From a virus: 51,042 bases of DNA. The first letter of the stretch is position 1; each line of letters starts with the position of its first letter. A model generated the notes under the pieces. That model was not told where the DNA came from. It made no database searches and worked only from the letters and a program-made list of their open reading frames with translations. The stretch covers positions 1 through 51,042 of the IMG/VR virus record IMGVR_UViG_3300017420_000001, one strand, 5' to 3'. Position numbers and translations under genes: made by a program. Positions 8,286 through 16,364 of this stretch are shown in pieces.

Positions 8286-8395
8286 GCGATCAAAACCCGA
8301 TCAAAAGTGGCTGACTGTTTTTACCGCAGTCATTTAAGGGTCACGTATGGCCTAACACGATACTCCCCACACCACAAAATCAAAACACGATCAAA

Positions 8396-8590
8396 TCATG
8401 CAACCCACTCCCGCGCACGCTCGACGCTGACGCCGCGAGCATAAAGCCGCCCCGAAAGGTAAAGGCGAACCTGCGTACCGCGAGCCGTCTTCACACGACG
8501 GGCAGTGCGCTTGCCAGCCGGATAGATCACAATCGTTTCGGAAAGAATTCCCGAGTTGTAGGCGGCGATTGCTTTTTCACGATCAGTCAT
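8396..8590 (-). CDS. Small hypothetical protein (moron between TerL and portal)
   Basis: 64 aa with an AAGGAG RBS, its own promoter-like element upstream and a terminator downstream. Confidence 0.6.
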   Translation of the reverse strand: MTDREKAIAAYNSGILSETIVIYPAGKRTARRVKTARGTQVRLYLSGRLYARGVSVERAREWVA

Positions 8591-8613
8591 GGCGGCGTCT
8601 CCTTGTTAACATC

Positions 8614-8642
8614 CGTATGCCCACACATCGAAAGCCCGTCAA
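8614..8642 (-). promoter_or_regulatory. Promoter-like element P1
   Basis: On the minus strand: TTGACG (8642-8637), 17-nt spacer, CATACG (8619-8614). The 17-mer TTGACGGGCTTTCGATG is identical to the one at 10290-10274. Confidence 0.55.
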
Positions 8643-8672
8643 CAAAAAAAATGCACGCCTCGCAAAAATAAT

Positions 8673-10016
8673 TCAGTCGAGCCAATCGAGGCTGTACCCC
8701 GCCTGCCGCGCAGGCCAATATGCCATCACCACGCTATCGGCAAGGTTGGGCGAGCGCGCCCCGTCTGGTTGCTTGTCCACCATCACCTTGCCCGTGGCAC
8801 TCGGCTTCTGCTCGGGCTGCGATATTTCCTCGCATAGCTGTTGCAGGTAGGGCAAATCGGCTGGCAGGCTGATTAGCTGGTCGGCATCATACTCACGCCC
8901 CTGCGCGGCCTTGTGGGCGTTCTCGAACCGCTTGCGAAGCGCGAACCACGCCTGCGCCTTTAGGTTGTGGTACTGATCTTTGTTAAGCGGACTATGTGGG
9001 TTGAGCGGGTCAATCCGCTTGTCGGGGAAGAGCGGACTGGCGCCGCCGCTCCACGCGATCATGTCCGTCCGCCTCGGAGCCTCGCCCCGGCGCCCCATCT
9101 GCGCCCATTCGGCTGTCACCCCCTCGCCTACGCCCACGCTGTCGTAATAGCCCTCCGTAACCGCGTAGCGGGCCATGTTGGCGACCGCCTTGTGCGTGGT
9201 GATTGCCGTGTCAAGCCCGTTCCACTTGTCGAGGAATTGCAATTCGATCCCCTTGCGGATCGCTTGCGCGTTTTCGTCGCCACCTTCCTCGGCGCCCGCT
9301 ACGTCGAGTGCGCTGTATAGCTTGCCCGTTACCTCAAGCCCCAGCCGTTGCGCCAGCCCGATCGCGCTGCGCACCCAAGTCGAGGGAATGACCACCTTGC
9401 TACCAGCGCTTTCGAAACCGCCTAGCCATACGTGGTCATATTGGTCAGGATCGGTGGCTTTGCTTGCCTCGGCCTCATCGCGCAGTACGCCGGGTAGGAA
9501 CGGGTTGTCTAGGTAGTTGGCGACCACCAACGTCGCCCGCTTCGGATCGTGCCAGGGCAGGCGTTCTACGGCGTCCTGTGGCTTGCGCGGGTTCCAGCTT
9601 AGCCAAATCTCGCTACCGTCTTTGCGGATCGTGGGCACCAACATGCCCATTGAGCGCGCGGTAATTGACTGCGCTTCCTCGATCCAGCAAATGTCGATGC
9701 CTTCATAAGACTTGATGCTATCGGCGGTGTGATCGCGAAGGCCAGCAAACATGATCGAACCCCCGCCGGGCGTCCGTATTTCGGTTTGCAAGATTTCGAA
9801 CAAATGTCCGACGTTCATGCCGTCGCGACCGATCTTGTCCTCAAGAAGCTTCTTAGCGCTTTCCTTAAGGCTCTTTTGAACCTCGCGCGCGCAAAGAACG
9901 CGCAGACCCGGCCGCGCAATACACTCTTCTATGCACATTTCGGCAAAGTTGTGCGACTTGCCGCTACCTCGTCCGCCCTTTGCACCCTTAAAGCGCTTGG
10001 GGGTCAATAGCGGCAA
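8673..10016 (-). CDS. terL: Terminase large subunit
   Basis: 447 aa. Walker A is GAKGGRGSGKS, Walker B-like is DICWIEEA, and a C-terminal nuclease half is present. Overall PBSX/Terminase_3-like. Confidence 0.9.
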   Translation of the reverse strand: MPLLTPKRFKGAKGGRGSGKSHNFAEMCIEECIARPGLRVLCAREVQKSLKESAKKLLEDKIGRDGMNVGHLFEILQTEIRTPGGGSIMFAGLRDHTADSIKSYEGIDICWIEEAQSITARSMGMLVPTIRKDGSEIWLSWNPRKPQDAVERLPWHDPKRATLVVANYLDNPFLPGVLRDEAEASKATDPDQYDHVWLGGFESAGSKVVIPSTWVRSAIGLAQRLGLEVTGKLYSALDVAGAEEGGDENAQAIRKGIELQFLDKWNGLDTAITTHKAVANMARYAVTEGYYDSVGVGEGVTAEWAQMGRRGEAPRRTDMIAWSGGASPLFPDKRIDPLNPHSPLNKDQYHNLKAQAWFALRKRFENAHKAAQGREYDADQLISLPADLPYLQQLCEEISQPEQKPSATGKVMVDKQPDGARSPNLADSVVMAYWPARQAGYSLDWLD

Positions 10017-10048
10017 GAATACGCGCGGGGTCTGGATGGTTAGGGTGG

Positions 10049-10240
10049 TCAGGCTGGCACAAGCGCCTTGTCGCGAATTGTCGCGTTAATTACGCGACCG
10101 TGAGTGTTCCAGCCATTTTCCGATGCCTCCGCAACATACTTGTTCATTTTGCCAATGGCTTTGACTTCCGACTTGTAGATATAGGCTAAAGGGAAATAGC
10201 AAATTCCCACATCCGACCAAATCTCAACCACGTAGCTCAT
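10049..10240 (-). CDS. Small hypothetical protein (moron between TerS-like and TerL)
   Basis: I prefer the internal ATG at 10240 (MSYVVEIW...), preceded by GGAGGA at 10245-10250 and by promoter-like P2. Visibly AT-richer. Confidence 0.5.
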   Translation of the reverse strand: MSYVVEIWSDVGICYFPLAYIYKSEVKAIGKMNKYVAEASENGWNTHGRVINATIRDKALVPA

Positions 10241-10261
10241 ATCGTCCTCCGTTGCCCCACC

Positions 10262-10290
10262 CTTATGCGCGCGCATCGAAAGCCCGTCAA
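10262..10290 (-). promoter_or_regulatory. Promoter-like element P2 (near-duplicate of P1)
   Basis: On the minus strand: TTGACG (10290-10285), 17-nt spacer, CATAAG (10267-10262). It matches P1 at 22 of 27 positions (27-nt window 10264-10290 vs 8616-8642, ending at GCATA). Confidence 0.55.
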
Positions 10291-10293
10291 GCG

Positions 10294-10635
10294 CTATTTT
10301 GCAGGCTCGCGCACTTTTTTCTGTGCGGGCACCGGCACGTCAACAATCACCCGTTCTATGCGCTGTAGCGTTTGATCCGGCGTGTCATGCTCGGTCGGCT
10401 GAGCGGCGGCGGGCTGTCCAATCGCCCGGTTCATCACCTTCTCGCCCGCCTGGATGCGTGCGACATGCGGCGCGTTGGCGTCCTTCGCGATCTCTGCCCA
10501 CATATCGATAATCTCGAACACATGCGTCATCGCGTACTCACGCACGGTCATGCGGCGAGCCTCGGCGCGCTGGCCTACAGCGCCTTTGGGGCGCCCACGT
10601 GGGCGCTTGGGGGGAGGGGTATCTGGCTTAGGCAT
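10294..10635 (-). CDS. Putative terminase small subunit / DNA-binding protein
   Basis: 113 aa with an AT-hook-like PKRPRGRPKG N-terminus. It lies upstream of TerL, with the small moron 10049..10240 between them. No family confirmed. Confidence 0.4.
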   Translation of the reverse strand: MPKPDTPPPKRPRGRPKGAVGQRAEARRMTVREYAMTHVFEIIDMWAEIAKDANAPHVARIQAGEKVMNRAIGQPAAAQPTEHDTPDQTLQRIERVIVDVPVPAQKKVREPAK

Positions 10636-10688
10636 TATCTGTAATCGAAAAATCCGATCAATCGTCTTTAATTGGCAATTTCATTCGA

Positions 10689-10859
10689 TCAATACTCCCG
10701 CTCGGCAATCGCATTGGCCAGCTTTTCGTCCGTCATAGCCCCCGGAATGCCAAAGTTGCCCTTACCGGCCTTGGCAATTTCCTCGCGAGCAATGATGCGC
10801 ATCATTTCGATTACATCGCCGTCAAGTTCCAGCTTTAGCTTCAGCGTATCTTCAATCAT
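10689..10859 (-). CDS. Small hypothetical protein
   Basis: I prefer the ATG at 10859 (MIEDTLKL...), which overlaps the upstream stop as ATGA. The track ORF starts at 10886. Confidence 0.45.
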   Translation of the reverse strand: MIEDTLKLKLELDGDVIEMMRIIAREEIAKAGKGNFGIPGAMTDEKLANAIAEREY

Positions 10860-11380
10860 CACACAATCTCCCGCTCGATAACCCATTCGTCAACACCCTC
10901 ATGCATCGCCAGCCGCTTGAACATGTCCGCCTCGACATACCATTCGTCCATACCCTTGGCCTTGGCCCGCTCGATCACTTCCGCCCCGGTGCAACAGCGT
11001 GTGCCCACAAAATAGCGTCCATCGTCGCGTAATCCAACCCGCCAGCCCCCGTTTCGGTTTTCGCGGAGATAGGCGCAGGCTGCGGAGAGTTCGTCGGCAT
11101 CGACTTCGTCGCCGCAAGCGACCGGCTGCGCCAATCGCTTTGGCATCGCATCCTGTCGTTTCCGCTCACTAACATAATCCGCCCTAGCCTTTCGTAGTTC
11201 CGCCGTCCCGACTTCCGATGCCCACCGCTCCACTACCGTCCGGTGGGTGCGATAATGCTCGATACACCCAACCCGCCCCACCTCGACATACGTGGTCCAG
11301 AAGTCCGATGGCCGCTCCCGCAGCGCGCCCCCCTTGCGCTTCTCGGTCAATCCAGGTCCTCGGGGTCCATGTACGGGCAA
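10859..11380 (-). CDS. Hypothetical protein
   Basis: 173-aa ORF with a TTG start per the track. No motif recognised. Confidence 0.5.
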   Translation of the reverse strand: MPVHGPRGPGLTEKRKGGALRERPSDFWTTYVEVGRVGCIEHYRTHRTVVERWASEVGTAELRKARADYVSERKRQDAMPKRLAQPVACGDEVDADELSAACAYLRENRNGGWRVGLRDDGRYFVGTRCCTGAEVIERAKAKGMDEWYVEADMFKRLAMHEGVDEWVIEREIV

Positions 11381-11580
11381 TCGACAACGCTAGCTGGCAC
11401 CATGCGTTTCTCAAATCGATCGCGCAAGTCAATCACGTTATCGGCTTGCGCGATCAAGGCGTTGCGCTGTGGTTCATCCAAGTTCCGCATCAGCCGCGCA
11501 TGGTAGGCTTTGTCCATGCGCGGCACCTTACACGCTTTCGCGCCGCTTGGCAAGGTTAGCGGGGGTTGGCGCGTGTCCAT
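11347..11580 (-). CDS. Small hypothetical protein (start uncertain)
   Basis: Track ORF is 77 aa. An alternative ATG at 11517 (MDKAYHARL...) has an AAGGTG RBS. Confidence 0.45.
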   Translation of the reverse strand: MDTRQPPLTLPSGAKACKVPRMDKAYHARLMRNLDEPQRNALIAQADNVIDLRDRFEKRMVPASVVDCPYMDPEDLD

Positions 11581-11939
11581 GCGATGGCAAGTGTTACGGC
11601 CTCCCTCATGTGGTAGGAAGAACGAACAATGCGATTGACCGCCTCCTGATCAGTTTCCGGCTTAGGCGGCTCCGGCGGCACATAGCCCGATGCCAGCGCC
11701 GTTTCCTTGAACGCGCGCAGTTCGGCTAGTTCGCTGTCGTCTCGGATCAATTCAAGATTGCCAGAAATATAGCCCAGCCATGATCTTCCATTGTTCCACA
11801 CCCCTCCCCCATGCTCCTCGACATCACCGGCGACAACGCCTTCCCAGCCCAACGCATCGGGTGATAGGTGCTCGCCATCTTCAATCAGCGATTGTGCGCC
11901 CGTGTACCGCACCCGATCGCCCGCCTTAAACTCGGTCAT
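11556..11939 (-). CDS. Hypothetical protein, first gene of the packaging-side operon
   Basis: I prefer the ATG at 11939 (MTEFKAGDRV...), with a strong AGGAGGA RBS at 11947-11952. The track ORF starts at 12014. Confidence 0.55.
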   Translation of the reverse strand: MTEFKAGDRVRYTGAQSLIEDGEHLSPDALGWEGVVAGDVEEHGGGVWNNGRSWLGYISGNLELIRDDSELAELRAFKETALASGYVPPEPPKPETDQEAVNRIVRSSYHMREAVTLAIAWTRANPR

Positions 11940-11970
11940 GTCGCATTCCTCCTTCGTGTCTGCCCGCCCG

Positions 11971-11999
11971 CTATGGCACGGGCAGGGCTGGGGCGTCAA
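11971..11999 (-). promoter_or_regulatory. Promoter-like element P3
   Basis: On the minus strand: TTGACG (11999-11994), 17-nt spacer, CCATAG (11976-11971). Same architecture as P1 and P2. A 7-bp hairpin (11960-11966 / 11979-11985) overlaps it. Confidence 0.45.
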
Positions 12000-12190
12000 G
12001 CGGGCATTTTGCACTTTCTTGCATTAAAACTACCTATGGGAAGGGAAGGGGGAGGGGTATACACGCGCGCGCCCTCTACTACTACACACACCATACATAA
12101 AAGAGATAAATATAAGTATTATAATTCAGTTACTTAGCTACCCCTTTTCCCCTTTATCACAGGCTCATTCTGCCGATTTCACCCTCACAC

Positions 12191-12233
12191 TAGTGCACTA
12201 ATGGTGCACGTTTTGATGCGCCCTAGTGCACTA
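12191..12233. promoter_or_regulatory. Operator pair: two perfect 10-bp palindromes TAGTGCACTA
   Basis: TAGTGCACTA at 12191-12200 and 12224-12233, centres 33 bp apart, with a GGTGCAC half-site at 12203-12209. The pair lies directly upstream of the RHH gene. Confidence 0.7.
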
Positions 12234-12259
12234 GTGCCGTTTGTGATAAATAGGACCGC

Positions 12260-12595
12260 ATGGTTGATCGTATCGGTAAACGCGTCGTCGTATGGCTCCC
12301 ACAGGAATTGATTGACGCGATTGACGATCGCCGCGAATGGCGCACTACATCGGATTTCATCCGCAACACGCTGCTAGACAGCTTGATGGGCAAGGCAAAG
12401 CCTAAGGCCGCATCGGCACAACAACCGAAACCCGAACCGCTATCAGCGGCCGAGTTCTGGCGTATTGCATACATAATTGAAAGCGATGAAGTCTACTGGA
12501 AGCAAGCCCAACGCGGTTATGACGACGAACGGGCTTTCATCGACGCCATGTCATCCAACGCTGTTTTTATCGCGGCTCAAGCCGCCAACGCATAA
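12260..12595 (+). CDS. Ribbon-helix-helix (CopG/Arc/MetJ-type) DNA-binding protein
   Basis: The N-terminus KRVVVWLPQELIDAIDDRREWRTTSDFIRNTLL is a classic RHH beta-alpha-alpha. There is no SD, and TGTGATAAAT ends 8 nt before the ATG. Confidence 0.7.
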   Translation: MVDRIGKRVVVWLPQELIDAIDDRREWRTTSDFIRNTLLDSLMGKAKPKAASAQQPKPEPLSAAEFWRIAYIIESDEVYWKQAQRGYDDERAFIDAMSSNAVFIAAQAANA

Positions 12596-14835
12596 TACTT
12601 AACAACCGGCCTGCCCCGTCCGCTTTCCGCTGTCGTCTTGGTGTGACGAATAAGTCCGCTTTCTTCCAGATCATGCAATATGTCCTCACGCTCGCGCTTG
12701 GTCATTTGCTGGAACCGGCGCCCCAATTCCGATAGCCCGATGCCTTCCGATCCGGCCATCTCGATACGGGCGAGAATGCGCTTGACCTTGGCCTCCTGAT
12801 CGTTCTCGCTGATATTGCCAGCCGCCTTGACCATGAACTCGCGCACCGAACGCTCGCTTACCGCCCACCCCCATTCCATATCATGAGCGGTAAGAACGGG
12901 CTTGCCGGGGTTGTTCGTAACCGCCCGCACCAATGACAGCTTCATGGCGTTTTCGGCGCTACGGCGCACGAATGGGCGCATGTCGGGCTCGACCTCGCTT
13001 TCCATCCGATATTGCCGCATCCGCAATTCGTATTCCATATCGTCGGCGGCATCGTCGGCGTATGGCACCTCGTAGGGCTTCGGGCTAACCGAGGCTCCGT
13101 TACCCATCGGAAAGGCGATATGCCCATCAGCGCCCCGCATACACGCCTTCACGGCCTCGACCAAAGCATCCGGGTAAATGGCTCGCTTCAAACGCCGTGG
13201 CGGGGGCTTGTCCTCAATCGTGTCGGGCAGCAAGATAAAGCGTGGCAACAGCCCGTCGCTGATGCTGCTATGCGTCAGCTTCTCCCAAAACGCTTGCGGA
13301 TTGCTCACCCCGTAGAACCCCAGGCATGGGCGATTGATGATCGTAGTGGGCCGCTCTTTGCTGTTAGCATACATACCGCCCTTGAATATCGACTGCGAAG
13401 CCGAATACATCTTGAGCAGGACCGTAATGGCCTCTTTGAGATTGCCGCGCGGGTCTTGGATGGCCTGGATCAGCTTGCCGATTTCGTCGGCTGGGATGTA
13501 GAGCGTGGGCGATGCCTCGATCGCGGACATGATGCCTCGCGCCGATACGATATCGCCGCCCACCATGCGGGCGCCTTCTTCGCCCGCCAGCATCAACACC
13601 TGCCCTGGCGCATTGACGGGCAAGTCCTTACCCGATCCCGATGGGCTTAGCCCCACGATATAAAGGTTGCTCATCAGCCCCGATGGCGTCTGATAGCGCC
13701 TGCCCATCGCGGTGCCGAACAATGCCAGCGCGGCCCCCAACGCCAACTCCGGACGCGGGCTGGGGGCATAGGTCAGGATCGTCTCGACCATCAGCCGCAT
13801 CGGGCCGGATAGCCCTTCGCGCCAATCGGGCGTCGTAACCGGCGCAACCTCTTTTTGAGGCAATGCCAGCGCGGTCACATCGACCTCGGGAATGGGCACC
13901 TCCTCGCCCCTGGCGCCACCGATTGCCCGTTCGCACGCGCGGCGCGGATCGGCTTGATCGAGTAGGTGGGCGCTTACCTTGTTGGCCGGATTGAGCAACA
14001 GCCCCGCCATATCGCTATCGGACAGGTTGGCGCGCACCATCGCGCAGGCCGCGTGATAGACCCATTGCGAGCGATCGGACCCGGCAGGCTTCTCCACCGC
14101 GCGGCGTACGGGATGGAATGGGGTGAACGCGAAGTCGTCGCACGTTAGCAGCCGTACGTCGCCCACGGTAGCCGCAATGCGCTGCACCGCTTCGGCCGGT
14201 TCTTCGGGCTCGGGGAAGAATGCGGCCAGCGTGGCGGGTTCGTAGGTTTCGCCGGTATACTCCATCAAGATCGAAGCCATCGCGGGCTTGCGCCCCATAG
14301 CAGCCTTCTTCGCGGTCGGATGATTGACCCCGCCCGGCACGCGGAATAGCCGGTCGATGTTCCAGCACGCATCCGCCCCGAACATGGTTCGCACTTGCTG
14401 ATTGATGCGCTCGATCGCGGCTAGATTTTGGCTATCCTCGATCGCCCACAACGCTTGCAAGCCATTACCGCTGTCAATCACAATCGTGGGTGGATGATCG
14501 AGCCGTTCCATCGTTTCCATGACGCTGGCTTTATCAAACAGGCTGTTATCCTTGGGCGGGTCAATATCGACGTGAACCCAGCGCGCTGACGCGATATCCC
14601 GCTTAGCGGGCTTTTGGTTGAAGCCGTCGCGCACCCTATTGACCGTCCAGTACACGTTGCTGGTGCGGTTTTCTTCCATGGTCCATGCAACCGCCGCATC
14701 TACGTCGGCGCCGAAATAGCGGGTTCCTCGCACCACTTGAGCGGGGCTGATCGAGACAAGGTGTATCTGATCCAGATGCCCGAAGAAACGGGCGGCGCAA
14801 TCGGCGTCGAAGGCTTGTGCGTTTATGCGTGCCAT
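12577..14835 (-). CDS. Replication protein: RepB'-like primase N-domain fused to a P-loop (DUF3987/D5-like) helicase and a C-terminal wHTH
   Basis: 752 aa. Motifs seen: WVHVDIDPP and VIDSGNGLQALW (primase-like), Walker A GLSPSGSGKD, and a C-terminal winged-helix-like tail. The 3' end overlaps the RHH gene by 19 nt (convergent). Confidence 0.7.
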   Translation of the reverse strand: MARINAQAFDADCAARFFGHLDQIHLVSISPAQVVRGTRYFGADVDAAVAWTMEENRTSNVYWTVNRVRDGFNQKPAKRDIASARWVHVDIDPPKDNSLFDKASVMETMERLDHPPTIVIDSGNGLQALWAIEDSQNLAAIERINQQVRTMFGADACWNIDRLFRVPGGVNHPTAKKAAMGRKPAMASILMEYTGETYEPATLAAFFPEPEEPAEAVQRIAATVGDVRLLTCDDFAFTPFHPVRRAVEKPAGSDRSQWVYHAACAMVRANLSDSDMAGLLLNPANKVSAHLLDQADPRRACERAIGGARGEEVPIPEVDVTALALPQKEVAPVTTPDWREGLSGPMRLMVETILTYAPSPRPELALGAALALFGTAMGRRYQTPSGLMSNLYIVGLSPSGSGKDLPVNAPGQVLMLAGEEGARMVGGDIVSARGIMSAIEASPTLYIPADEIGKLIQAIQDPRGNLKEAITVLLKMYSASQSIFKGGMYANSKERPTTIINRPCLGFYGVSNPQAFWEKLTHSSISDGLLPRFILLPDTIEDKPPPRRLKRAIYPDALVEAVKACMRGADGHIAFPMGNGASVSPKPYEVPYADDAADDMEYELRMRQYRMESEVEPDMRPFVRRSAENAMKLSLVRAVTNNPGKPVLTAHDMEWGWAVSERSVREFMVKAAGNISENDQEAKVKRILARIEMAGSEGIGLSELGRRFQQMTKREREDILHDLEESGLIRHTKTTAESGRGRPVVKYYALAA

Positions 14836-15183
14836 TTACACGATCTCCCTAACTTCGACGCCCGCCGCCCGCGCGCGGCAAACCATATCAGCAGTTCCCC
14901 GCCCGCCTGGGAATGCCACTACGAGGTCAGGTCGCCCTTCGTCTAGCATGCGTTGGTTCCGGAGAGGACCGGCCGCTCTACCATACTTGCGCCAATCGGC
15001 GAGATGTGTTTCAATTTCCATCCCATGCTGGCACTCAGCCCATTTGCGGCACCACATGTCAGCTCCGGTAGCCCCGCCCTCAATCAACGTTGAAAACGAG
15101 GTGCGCTCACGTATACCGTCCATCGTCCGCCATATCGTACCGTGATCGGCATAATCCCGCCCTCCGCATATCAAAACTCGCAT
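14836..15183 (-). CDS. SLOG-superfamily protein (DUF2493 / YspA-like)
   Basis: I prefer the ATG at 15183 (MRVLICGGRDY...GGATGAD...AFPGGRGT), with a GGAGGA RBS. Its stop abuts the primase ATG. Confidence 0.7.
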   Translation of the reverse strand: MRVLICGGRDYADHGTIWRTMDGIRERTSFSTLIEGGATGADMWCRKWAECQHGMEIETHLADWRKYGRAAGPLRNQRMLDEGRPDLVVAFPGGRGTADMVCRARAAGVEVREIV

Positions 15184-15192
15184 CGCATCCTC

Positions 15193-15230
15193 CAAAAAAT
15201 AAACCCGCCACGCGCTTAGCACGGGCGGGC
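15193..15230 (-). terminator. Rho-independent terminator-like hairpin (minus strand)
   Basis: GC-rich hairpin at 15204-15229 (cccgcc...ggcggg with inner pairs), followed on the minus strand by TTTATTTTTT (15203-15194). Confidence 0.6.
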
Positions 15231-15253
15231 CGGTTAGTCGATAATGATCGTCG

Positions 15254-15406
15254 CTATTCCGCTTGCTTCAAGCGTTCACGCGCCTCGGGTCCGCAATCCG
15301 CGCACCATCGTTCGCGCCCATCGGGCAGGCGGATAGCGGTAAAACCGGTAAAGCCCTTGTCATCGGGCGGGGCCTCGCGAAAGCCGTCGTTGTCGTATTT
15401 AGTCAT
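15254..15406 (-). CDS. Small hypothetical protein (50 aa), below the ORF-track cutoff
   Basis: ATG at 15406. Translation: MTKYDNDGFREAPPDDKGFTGFTAIRLPDGRERWCADCGPEARERLKQAE. Fills the gap between 15414 and the terminator. Confidence 0.35.
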   Translation of the reverse strand: MTKYDNDGFREAPPDDKGFTGFTAIRLPDGRERWCADCGPEARERLKQAE

Positions 15407-15413
15407 GGGGCAC

Positions 15414-16346
15414 CTAGCGGGGCTGGAGGGCGACTCGGAGAGCGTCTAGGGGGGTAGCTCCCCGCCCTATGATCTCGCCCTTGACGCTGCCTCGCCGTAT
15501 CTCCCACCAGCCGTTCGGCTCAACGCCGTTGAACAGGATCAGGTTATCGAGTTCAGCAAGCTCGGCTAGCAGTTCAGCCGCCGCCCGCCCATCATCCGCG
15601 GCGGTGGGGTTGGCGCATGGGGTGGCGAGGACGGTGCGGGGCTGTAGAGCCGCAATGCTGGCCCATGCGAAAGCGGCGGATCGACCAGCCTGGACAGACG
15701 ATACGATCAGGGTGGTTTCGATCTGTTCGCTCTCGCCATCCGGATCGAGCGCAACGTCCGTAGGCGTGTCGACGTTGAGGTGCATGAACAGATGCCCCCA
15801 AGGGGTATCCCATTCCTCTTCCGGACAGCCGCAATCCGGGTCGGGCTGGCTTCGGATCAGAACACACCCGGCAGGCACTCCCTCCCCCGCTTGCGCACCC
15901 GTTCCCCCGTGGGTGGCGAGGGCGGCTTCACCAGCAGACAGCGCCTTTTCGCCGCCCCACATGCTGAAAAACGGGTCGTGAGCGAACGTCGTTGCATCGC
16001 GCCACGCCGTCGATCTGCTCATGTCGATCGCACGCCAGATGAAGGCGGCATCGTCAGCGTCGGTGCCCTTACGAAGGCCAGTGTGGATACCCTCGCCAAG
16101 CAGAGCCGCGCCGTCTTCCTTGAACATCCGGATGAACTCGACGCACAGGCGCAACGCCTTCTCCACCCCAGCGGCGTCGGGATCGGTGCGCTGGCGATGC
16201 GCGGCGATGTAGGCGGTGGTTAGCCGCTGAGCCTCGGCGTCGGGTAAGTGCTGCGCATAGTAATTGAAGACGATTGACCGCAACGATGGCTCGCGCGTTG
16301 CCGCGCCAAGGTCCGGTTCAAAGTCATCGGATGTATCATCAATCAT
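15414..16346 (-). CDS. Hypothetical protein downstream of the ECF sigma factor
   Basis: 310-aa acidic protein with no motif and no TM segment recognised. Confidence 0.55.
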   Translation of the reverse strand: MIDDTSDDFEPDLGAATREPSLRSIVFNYYAQHLPDAEAQRLTTAYIAAHRQRTDPDAAGVEKALRLCVEFIRMFKEDGAALLGEGIHTGLRKGTDADDAAFIWRAIDMSRSTAWRDATTFAHDPFFSMWGGEKALSAGEAALATHGGTGAQAGEGVPAGCVLIRSQPDPDCGCPEEEWDTPWGHLFMHLNVDTPTDVALDPDGESEQIETTLIVSSVQAGRSAAFAWASIAALQPRTVLATPCANPTAADDGRAAAELLAELAELDNLILFNGVEPNGWWEIRRGSVKGEIIGRGATPLDALRVALQPR

Positions 16347-16364
16347 ATCAGCTATCCTCCTATA

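Noticed and set aside
10668-10682. CtrA-box-like TTAA-N7-TTTC upstream of the TerS-like gene
   Set aside because: Only one half-site matches TTAA-N7-TTAAC. It is a single occurrence in AT-rich DNA, and the host is unknown.
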